Source of the DNA: Myxococcota bacterium
Lineage (GTDB): Bacteria > Myxococcota_A > UBA796 > CAJQPC01
Length of the DNA stretch: 31,172 nt
Direction: 5' to 3'
Assembly (NCBI GenBank): GCA_036012755.1
Contig: DASCPX010000171.1
Location: forward strand, 1-31,172
A program made the position numbers and the translations under genes. The notes beneath the pieces are model-generated. The model saw only the letters and a list, made by a program, of their open reading frames with translations. It ran no database searches and had not been told where the DNA came from. This document shows, in pieces, positions 19,528 through 27,700 of this stretch. How positions within the stretch are numbered: the stretch's first letter is position 1; each line of letters opens with the position of its first letter.

Positions 19528-19625
19528 CGCTCGTCAGCTCCCACGTCCGGGCTGCCGTCGTCCCGGGGGTCAGAGCAGGGGAAGAACCAGGCGAGCACGG
19601 ACAGCAAGGTAGCCGCTGTCTTCAT
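19524..19625 (-). CDS. Unannotated 33-aa peptide MKTAATLLSVLAWFFPCSDPRDDGSPDVGADER
   Basis: The ATG (19625) overlaps the deacetylase TGA (ATGA) and its TGA overlaps the thioredoxin GTG (GTGA). It fills the gap exactly. Confidence 0.6.
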   Translation of the reverse strand: MKTAATLLSVLAWFFPCSDPRDDGSPDVGADER

Positions 19626-20608
19626 GGTCCGACCGACAGGGCATCGACCGCCCGCGACACGGCCTCCAGCCCCACATCCGCCTCTCCAAGAGGTGGTGGA
19701 GCGCCGCTTGTGAGGACCTCGACACAGCCCCTCACGCTGCGACAGAGGGCCCCGAGGTCATAGCCCCCCTCGAGGATCAGGGCGCAGGCGGGGGCCAGCT
19801 TCAGTACCTCACCACAGAGGGCGGCGAAGCCCTCGTCGGTGACCTCCAGGCCGCCGAGGGGATCGTCGCGGTGGGCGTCGAAGCCAGCGCTGACCAGCAC
19901 CAGGTCCGGGGCGAAGCGAGCAGCCACAGGGGCGAGCACTTCGCGGATGGCAGCGCCGAGATCGCCGTCCCCGCTGCCAGCAGGCAATGGCACGTTGAGC
20001 GTGTATCCGAGGCCAGGTCCCCTCCCCCGCTCGTGGAGCCCCCCGGTGCCGGGGTAGAAGTCGCCGCGGTGACAGCTGAAGAACAGCACGTCGTCCCGCG
20101 CCTCGAAGTGGTGCTGGGTCCCGTTTCCGTGGTGGACGTCCCAGTCGACGATCAGCACGCGATCAACGCGCCTCAGGGCGTGCTCTGCGGCGATGGCGAT
20201 GTTGTTGAGCAGGCAGAAGCCCATGGCAAAGGAGCGCTCGGCGTGGTGGCCCGGGGGGCGCACCAGGGCGAAGGAGCGCTCACCGGAGAGCGCCGCCTCC
20301 GTGGCCGCGACCGCACAGCCAACAGCCAGGAGCGCGGCGTCGAAGCTCCCGGGAGAGATCGATGTGTCGGGATCCAGCTGCGCGCGCTGGCCCCTCAGGT
20401 ACTCCAGCGTGGCGACGTAGCTGGCGGAGTGGACGAGCTCGGCGTCTTCACGGGTCGCCGGGAGTGCCGACTCCAGGGCCGCGTCCGACACGGGGTTCGC
20501 GCCCAGGTGATCGAGGATCGCGCGCAGCCTCTCGGGCCTCTCCGGATGCCGGCGACCGGGGTCGTGATCGAGCATCCTGAGATCGCTGAAGATGCGGACT
20601 GACGGCAA
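19622..20608 (-). CDS. Zn-dependent histone deacetylase-family (class II-like) amidohydrolase (328 aa)
   Basis: Motifs HPERPERL, RPPGHHA, GFCLLNN, DWDVHHGNGTQ, SAGFDAH.DDPLG, LEGGY. TTG start at 20608 with AAGGAG SD. Confidence 0.93.
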   Translation of the reverse strand: MPSVRIFSDLRMLDHDPGRRHPERPERLRAILDHLGANPVSDAALESALPATREDAELVHSASYVATLEYLRGQRAQLDPDTSISPGSFDAALLAVGCAVAATEAALSGERSFALVRPPGHHAERSFAMGFCLLNNIAIAAEHALRRVDRVLIVDWDVHHGNGTQHHFEARDDVLFFSCHRGDFYPGTGGLHERGRGPGLGYTLNVPLPAGSGDGDLGAAIREVLAPVAARFAPDLVLVSAGFDAHRDDPLGGLEVTDEGFAALCGEVLKLAPACALILEGGYDLGALCRSVRGCVEVLTSGAPPPLGEADVGLEAVSRAVDALSVGP

Positions 20609-20645
20609 CGGCGCGCTCCTTTTGGCGGGGCTATGATGCCAGCCG

Positions 20646-22403
20646 GTGATCGTTCTTCTGCTCTCGACCGCAACCGCCGAGCCCCTCGCCCCCGGCGAGG
20701 AGATCGAGCGTGCCGCCGCCCTGCATGTCACGAACGGGGGCTTCCGCCACGTCGGAGATGCCATCGAGGGCCTCGTCCCGGCCTCCTTCCCCATCGAGGA
20801 CGTCTCGGGGACGACCACCTGCGACGAGGAAGACGAGGCCCCCCTCACCTACGAGCTGGCCTCGACCGAGCTCGTCCTGACCGCTGAGAACGTCGACATC
20901 ACGACGAGCGATGGACGCCTCGACATCACGATCTACCTCTCCCTTCAGTCCGAGCCGAGCGACCTGTTGGTGCAGGGCGACTGCACCTTCCTCACGGATC
21001 TGGACGAGGTCTGCACGATGCGGATCAAGGAGACCTCCGTCGTCGCCCACCTCGGCATGACGATGGAGCTAGTCGACGGCGAGGACGGTCCGACCTTCGA
21101 CGTCGTCGTCGACGATCCGACCGTGGAGATGTCGGCGATCAACAACCCGCTGTCCGACTGCACGCTGGCGGACGCTGTCGACTTCCTGTTGATCGACGAC
21201 GAGTACGGCATCACCTACATCATCCTGGGACTCATCGAGCCGGAGCTGGAGGGCCTCGGCGCGGACCTGGGTGCGACGATCGAGGACGCGCTGAACCAGA
21301 CGACCATCGAGACCTCGGTCGGCCTCGGAGACGCGGAGGTCGCGCTGGCGCTCTACCCGACGCTCTTCGACCTGGGCGACGCCGGCCTGATCCTCGGGCT
21401 CGGAGGGACCGCCGAGACGGACCAGCTCTCCGACTGCGTTCCCCAGACAGAGGGCTCCGAGTTCGCGGACGCCGCCTGGCCCGACTTCGACGAGACGGCC
21501 TGGGAGACATCGCTGGACTACGACGCCGGGCTCTTCCTCTCGAAGGACTTCCTCGACCACGTGCTGTGGAATGTCTACGCCGGGGGCGGTCTGTGCATGG
21601 ACGTCGGCGAACTCGCCGGCGACAGCCTGAGCCTGGAGACGGACCTCTTCGCGCCGATGTTCGGCGAGGAGTTCGCGGCGCTCTTCCCCGAGTCCCAGCC
21701 CCTTGGCCTGCAGACCCGTCCCGCCAGCCCGCCCCAGGTGTTCTTCGACGACGACACCCCTGAGATCACCGTCGCGCTGGAGGACTTCGGGCTCGACTTC
21801 TCCTCGGACCTCGACGACAGGGAGGCCCGGCTCTTCCGTGTCGCCGTCGCGATGGACGTGGGCCTCGACCCTGGGCTGACCTCGACGGCGTTGGCCCCAG
21901 AGCTGCTCATCGACCCAGCGGGGATGGAGTACAGCGAGCCCTACAACGAGCTGTTGCCAGAGGGCTTCAGCGCTGACCTCGGGGACTTCCTGCCGACGAT
22001 CATCGAGCAGTTCATCCCAGAAGACGTGCTGCCCGTGATCGACCTTCCGGACTTCTACGGCCTGGGCCTGCAGACCGTCTTCTGGGTCCCTGACGACAGC
22101 GAACAGTGGCAGGGCGGCTTCGTGCTGATCGACGTCGAGGGCGTCACGCCGATGGAGATCCCGGGCTGCCAGGGCGGCTCGCTGGGCTGCGACGGCGAGG
22201 AGCCCCCTGACTTCAACAGCATGCTCGGCTGCGACGAAGACGGCGGCTGCGGTGACTCGGGCTGCTCCGACGAGAGCTGCTCGGGGGATTCCTGCTCCGG
22301 CAGCAGCTGCGCGGTGCACGGCCGCGGCCTCCGCATCCCGAACCGCGTGTGGGTCCTGAGCTTCCTCGGCCTGCTGGGCCTCTGCAGGCGCCGCGCCGAC
22401 TGA
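20646..22403 (+). CDS. Secreted, highly acidic protein, possibly BPI/LBP (TULIP)-fold, with a Cys/Gly/Ser stalk and a MYXO-CTERM-like anchor (585 aa)
   Basis: Short signal MIVLLLSTATA; AALHVTNGGF..V; LFLSKDFLDHVLWNVYAGG.LC; C-terminus SSCAV...VWVLSFLGLLGLCRRRAD; high GC3. The CDS call is secure and the fold is inferred. Confidence 0.7.
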   Translation: MIVLLLSTATAEPLAPGEEIERAAALHVTNGGFRHVGDAIEGLVPASFPIEDVSGTTTCDEEDEAPLTYELASTELVLTAENVDITTSDGRLDITIYLSLQSEPSDLLVQGDCTFLTDLDEVCTMRIKETSVVAHLGMTMELVDGEDGPTFDVVVDDPTVEMSAINNPLSDCTLADAVDFLLIDDEYGITYIILGLIEPELEGLGADLGATIEDALNQTTIETSVGLGDAEVALALYPTLFDLGDAGLILGLGGTAETDQLSDCVPQTEGSEFADAAWPDFDETAWETSLDYDAGLFLSKDFLDHVLWNVYAGGGLCMDVGELAGDSLSLETDLFAPMFGEEFAALFPESQPLGLQTRPASPPQVFFDDDTPEITVALEDFGLDFSSDLDDREARLFRVAVAMDVGLDPGLTSTALAPELLIDPAGMEYSEPYNELLPEGFSADLGDFLPTIIEQFIPEDVLPVIDLPDFYGLGLQTVFWVPDDSEQWQGGFVLIDVEGVTPMEIPGCQGGSLGCDGEEPPDFNSMLGCDEDGGCGDSGCSDESCSGDSCSGSSCAVHGRGLRIPNRVWVLSFLGLLGLCRRRAD

Positions 22404-22406
22404 GGG

Positions 22407-23777
22407 TCAGATACCGAGGTGGGCCTTGCAAGCCGCGACCAGCCTGTTCTGATCGTCGAGCTCAGCGTCCACCCAGGTCTTCTCAGTGACCCACTCGCAG
22501 ATCAGGGTCTTCTCGGCGGTCGGGTCCTCTGAGCTCACGAGGTTGTTCAGCTCGTCCGGGTCGGTCGAGAGCTCCCACAGACCCTCGGTCGGTCCCGGGT
22601 AGGGCTGGGCCTCGCTGTAGGGCGAGCAGCCCCTGAAGGGCGTGTCCACGGCCTGCATGAAGTACTTGCGTGTGCCGTCCACCACGCCCGCGGCGGCCTC
22701 GCCTCGCTCGAAGAACACGGGCGGGCGTGCCTGGCTCTCGCCTCGAAGAAGTGGAACGATATCGACCCCTTCCACGTCAGGACCAGGTGACAGACCGCTC
22801 AGGGACAGCACGGTCGGCACGATGTCGATGGTGCTGACGTGGTCCTCGACGACACCGGGTGACAGCCCCGGGGATCGAATGGCCCAGGTCGTGTTCATCA
22901 CCGTGTCGTAGGGGCTGCAGCCGTGGAAGTAGTAGTCGTCGTGGGCCCCCATCTCCTCGCCGTGATCGGTCCCGGTCACGACCAGGGTGTCATCCCAGCG
23001 CCCGCTCTCTTCCAAAGCCGCGACTATCTCGCCCAGCATCGCGTCGTCCGAGGCGAGCTCGCTGGCGTAGACAGCCTCCAGCCACTCGTCGAAGCCCTCT
23101 GGCTTCTCGCTCGTGCCGAGCATGATCTGGGAGAGGTCCTCTGTCGACACCGGACCGAGCTCCAGCGGACGGTCCCCCCAGAACTCGCTGAGCCAGGGGT
23201 CCCGCGGCGTGTGGTTGGCGTGCGGGTCCCGGACATGGATCCAGATGAACAGCGGCTCCTCTCCGACCTCCTCCAGGTCAGCGAGCAGCCGCTCGGTCAG
23301 CAGGCTGTCTCGCTCGAGGTCTCCGCCCTCCATCGAGCCCGGACCGGTGCAGTAGAAGCGCTCCCAGCCCCGCGATCCGATGACCTCGCAGAAGTTCGAG
23401 CTGTAGCCGAAGGTCCGAAAGCCGGCGTCGGCGTAGTACTCCTGGATCATCGAAGGCATGTCGTCCGGCACGACGGTGTCGTGCACGCCGTGGGTGCGCC
23501 GGTAGGTGCCCGTCGCCATCGACGGGAGGCTCTCGATGGTGATGCCGCGGGTCACGACGGTGTTCTCGAGGACGACCCCCTCGTCGAAGATCCGCTGGTG
23601 GTTCGGCGAGGCGTCGTAGGTGGCATCGAGCAACCAGTCCTCGTTCATGGTGTCGACCGTGAACCAGAGCACCGTGCCAGGCGCGGTCAGCGGGTGGCTG
23701 TCACTCGAGCTGTCAGCGACCAGCGAGTCGTCCGGGGTGGGGCCACCCCGACAGGCGAACAGGAGCAGGATCGACAT
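22407..23777 (-). CDS. Alkaline-phosphatase-superfamily (sulfatase-like) lipoprotein with a non-canonical active site (456 aa)
   Basis: MSILLLFAC; VLWFTVDTM, TIESLPSMATG, WIHVRDPH, GTDHGEE, VSTIDIVPTVL, DPDELNNL. Confidence 0.82.
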   Translation of the reverse strand: MSILLLFACRGGPTPDDSLVADSSSDSHPLTAPGTVLWFTVDTMNEDWLLDATYDASPNHQRIFDEGVVLENTVVTRGITIESLPSMATGTYRRTHGVHDTVVPDDMPSMIQEYYADAGFRTFGYSSNFCEVIGSRGWERFYCTGPGSMEGGDLERDSLLTERLLADLEEVGEEPLFIWIHVRDPHANHTPRDPWLSEFWGDRPLELGPVSTEDLSQIMLGTSEKPEGFDEWLEAVYASELASDDAMLGEIVAALEESGRWDDTLVVTGTDHGEEMGAHDDYYFHGCSPYDTVMNTTWAIRSPGLSPGVVEDHVSTIDIVPTVLSLSGLSPGPDVEGVDIVPLLRGESQARPPVFFERGEAAAGVVDGTRKYFMQAVDTPFRGCSPYSEAQPYPGPTEGLWELSTDPDELNNLVSSEDPTAEKTLICEWVTEKTWVDAELDDQNRLVAACKAHLGI

Positions 23778-23796
23778 CGGGTGGGAACCTACCCGC

Positions 23797-24798
23797 TCAG
23801 CTACCGACTCGCTCGGGGGGTGCGAAGCGCGAGCCGCCCGCCCAGAGGATGTCGGCGCAGGTGTCGCGCAGGGTGGTGTTCGGGTCTCGGGTCCAGAAGC
23901 CCAGCTCGGACCGTGCCTTCGAGTCGTCGCAGTACCAGTAGTGACATGCCTGCAGCAGGCCGACGCGGTCGACGTTGAAGCCCAGCCCGACCCCCTCCTT
24001 GCCGAGCCCCGGGAGGAACTCGAAGATCCGCTTGGTGAACCCGGGCGCGTTCAGGGCCGGCGGCTGTCGATCGGTGACCTGGGCGAGCCGCTGGTAGAAG
24101 GCCGAAAACGGCATGTTGCCGCCAGCGAGCAGGTAGCGCTGCCCTCCCCGCCCCTTCTCGAGGCAGGCGACGACGCAGGCGGCCACGTCCCGAACATCCA
24201 CGAAGCTGATGCCGCCCGGAGGCGAGGCCGGGACCTGGTCCTCGAGGAACATCCGCACCGACTTGACGCTCTCGCCCTTGTCGTCGCCCGGGCCCAGCAG
24301 GAGCGAGGGGTTCAGCGCGACGATCGGCATGTCCGGGTGATTGGCGCGGAGCGCGTGCTCCTCGGCGTAGAGCTTGGTTCGGTAGTAGGGCCACTTCTGG
24401 ATGAGCTGCCGCGGGGTCTCGCTGGCCTCGCTCATCGTCTTCGAGGTCTCTGAGAGCGCGACCGTCCCGCTCGTCGAGATGTAGACGACGCGGCGGACAC
24501 CGGCTTCCCTGGCTGCCTTCAGCGTCACCTCGGTGCCGACGAGGTGGACGTCATAGAGCTGTCCGGCGTCCTCTGGGTCGAAGCTGACCAGCCCCGCGCC
24601 GTGCACGAGGACGTCCATGCCCTCGCAGACCCGGGCCATGTCCTCCGCCGAGGTGACGTCCCCCGGGACGACCTCTTCGGCGCCTTCGAGCTCACTAGCG
24701 CCGCGCGAGACGGCCCGCACCTGGTGGCCGGCCTCGGAGAGCTCCCTGAGGGTATGGCGACCCAAAAAACCGCTGGCTCCGGTGAGGACGACCTTCAC
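23797..24798 (-). CDS. elbE: NAD-dependent epimerase/dehydratase (dihydroflavonol-reductase-like SDR), ElbE-like (333 aa)
   Basis: Motifs LTGASGFLG, YISTSGT, YYRTK, LNPSLLLGPGD, FVDVRD, SKARSELG. GTGA overlap with elbD. The symbol is assigned by synteny. Confidence 0.8.
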   Translation of the reverse strand: MKVVLTGASGFLGRHTLRELSEAGHQVRAVSRGASELEGAEEVVPGDVTSAEDMARVCEGMDVLVHGAGLVSFDPEDAGQLYDVHLVGTEVTLKAAREAGVRRVVYISTSGTVALSETSKTMSEASETPRQLIQKWPYYRTKLYAEEHALRANHPDMPIVALNPSLLLGPGDDKGESVKSVRMFLEDQVPASPPGGISFVDVRDVAACVVACLEKGRGGQRYLLAGGNMPFSAFYQRLAQVTDRQPPALNAPGFTKRIFEFLPGLGKEGVGLGFNVDRVGLLQACHYWYCDDSKARSELGFWTRDPNTTLRDTCADILWAGGSRFAPPERVGS

Positions 24799-27700
24799 AG
24801 GCTGGCCTCGGAGAGCTTGAAGACCCTGGAGAACTCGATCAACAGTGGAATATCGTTCGTCTTTATCGCGCCGGAGAAGAACTCCGGCGGCTCGGGCACG
24901 TAGGCGTCCTCGATAATGCGCCGGAGCATCTCCTCGCTGGTCTTGACCACGCAGTCGGCCTTGCCACCGGAGGGCTTGCCCGTGGACACCTTCGCCGCCT
25001 TGTCGTCCACGGCGACGGTGAAGCGCAGCCCCTCCTTGCCGCCCAGGCTGAAGTACCAGCTGACGGGCTTCTTGACGCGCTCTGGGGCGAAGCGGGCCTC
25101 GAGGCTCTCGAAGGCGCGGATGGTCGGGTTGAGACCGTCGTCCACCACCTCGATGTCGTCCGGCTGCAGCTGCGCGAGGTCGAGCACGATCCCGTCCCGC
25201 AGGTCCTCGACCGCCTGCTTGGCGATGGCCGCCACCTTGCGTGCACCGTCCGCCGGCTTGAGACCCTCGATCATCCGCCGCAGGTGCCGCATCTCCAGCG
25301 GCGGCCCGATGCGGACGCTGACATCCCGAGAGCGCGGCATCGCAGAGCCCCGAGGCATGGCGTCGTAGGTGCCGCCAAGGTGCATCGGCAGGATGTCCAC
25401 GTTCGTGTCGAGGGCGAGTCGGCCGATCAGCGGCTTGAACTCGCCGAGCGTGCCGTCCGCCCTGCGGGTGCCCTCTGGGAAGATCAGCACGATGTGACCT
25501 TCTCGAACGACCTCCGAGGCCTGCTCGAGGCTGGCCCGAAAGCCACGCTTCCGGTCGATCGGACGCAGGTTCGTGAGCTGCTCGAAGTAGGCGACGACCC
25601 AGGGGTTGCCCTCGAAGAAGTAGTCCTTCGCGGCCAGCGCCACGAGCTTGTGGCCGTAGGGGCCCAGGGCGTACTTCACGAGGCCCATGTCCAGGTGCGA
25701 GCTGTGGTTGCTGACCACGATCGTCTGGCGGTTCTGCGGGATGAAGGCCCTTCCGTACACCTTGGTGTTCAACCCGGTGCCGTAGAGCTCCCGCTGGAAG
25801 AAACCCAGACCTTGGCGCAGTGGTTCAGCAACGATCTCAGGTATCTGGACTGCGGTATCGCGGGGGTCCTCCTCCTCCACGATCTGAGGCTTGGGCGCCT
25901 TCGCCAGGTTCACGACGTCACGAACCGTCTCGCAGTGGGCGAGCTCATCGGCGTCCGGATGCCCCCCGTCGAGCTGCTCCAGGGCGGAGGCGAGCTCCAC
26001 CCACATGAGGCTGTCGAAGCCGAGCTCCGCGAGGGTCGTGTCAGGGGAGATCTGCGCAGCCTTGGTGCCCGCCACAGCCGCGATGGCCTCTGTCACCGGT
26101 GTGGCGACGCCCTTGGAGAGCCCGGTCCTCTTGGGCGTGGCGGAGGCGATGCGCTGGAGCACCTTCTGGACTTCGGAGCGCTTGACCTTGCGGCTCGCGG
26201 TGCGGGGCAGGTCGGCGTCGACCACGTGCACGACCGCCGGACGCTGGTACTGCGGGAGCCTCGAGATGGCCTTGTCCATCGACTCCTTGGCTCGGGCGTG
26301 CAGGGTGTGGCGGTCCAGATCGCGGTGCTCGTCGGCGTCGGGCACGAGCATCATGCCGAGGCGCTCACCGCCGCGGGGGTCCTCGATGCCGACGAGCGCG
26401 AACTCCTTCACGTAGTCGTGGTTCGGGCCGAGCACGTTCTCGACGTCGTCGAGGTAGATGTTCTCGCCAGAAGGCGTCACGACGACCTCCTTGGCGCGGC
26501 CCATGATGGTCAGCCGTCCTGCGTGGTCGATCCGGCCGAGGTCGCCGGTGTGGAGCCAGCCTTCGGAGTCGAGGGCCTGGCGTGTGGCCTCGTCATTGCC
26601 GTAGTACCCGGTCATGACGTTCGGCCCCTTGGCCCAGACCTCGCCGACGCCGTCCTTGTCGGGGTTCGCGATCTTGATGGAGACACCCGGGATGGGCTTG
26701 CCGACGTGGCCGGTCCGCGCCCCCGGACGGCCCTTGGCGACCGTGAGCACCGGCGCCGCCTCCGTCAGGCCGTAGCCCTCCGCCAGGTGCAGACCGAGAC
26801 CCTTGAAGAGCTCCTGGGTGTCGCTGGGCAGCGCCGCGGCGCCAGAGATCAAGAAGCGGATGTTCCCGCCGAGGCGGTCGTGGACCTGGCCGAAGAAGAC
26901 GCGCCCGACGTCGAGGCCCGTTGTCTTTCCGAGCCAGCGGTTGAGCGCGAGGCCGCCGTCGAAGATGGACTCGAAGAGCGCGCCGCGCTCCTTGACCTGG
27001 CCTCGAATGCGCCGCTCGAGGAGCTGCCAGAGGGCGGGCACGCCGACCATGCCGGTGACCTTGCCCTCCTTCAGGCCGTAGGTCAGCCGCTCCCCGTTGA
27101 TCTCGTCGAGGTAGATGACCCTGGCGCCGCGCGAGAGCGGCAGCAGCAGCCCACAGGTGAACTCGAAGGTGTGGTGGAGCGGCAGGACGGACAGGACGCG
27201 ATCGCTCTCCCGAAGGGGGAAGATGCGGCCGAGGCTCGCCAGCAGCGAGCAGAAGTTGTCGTGGGTGAGCATCACCCCCTTGGGGAGGCCCGTCGTTCCG
27301 GAGGTGAACAGCACGCTGGCGATGTCATCGGTCTTGCAGTCCTGCTCGGGCAGGCCCTCGGTCGGGCCGGGCTCGGCGATGGCGTGCAGATCGAGGACGC
27401 CCCCCTTCAGGGCATCGCCGAACTCGGCGCGCGCGGTCGCATCGACGATGTTGAGCCGCACCTCTGCGGTGTCGATGATGTTGGCGACTTGCTCGGCGGC
27501 CATACCAGGATCCACCGGCACCGCGACGCCGCCGGCGCGCAAGATACCGAAGTAGGCGATGGGCCAGTCCGGGTGGTTCTCGCCGGAGATCAGGACGCGG
27601 TCACCTCTGGCGAGGCCCGCCTCCAGCAGCCGGGCCGCGGCGGCGTGAGCCAGCGTCCGCATGTCCGAGAAGGAGATGCGGGTGAAGCCGTCTTCGTGGG

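Noticed and set aside
22160..22315. CRISPR or nucleotide tandem repeat in the GGCTGC-rich stretch
   Set aside because: It encodes the Cys/Gly/Ser stalk. No repeat-spacer periodicity or cas genes are seen anywhere in the window.
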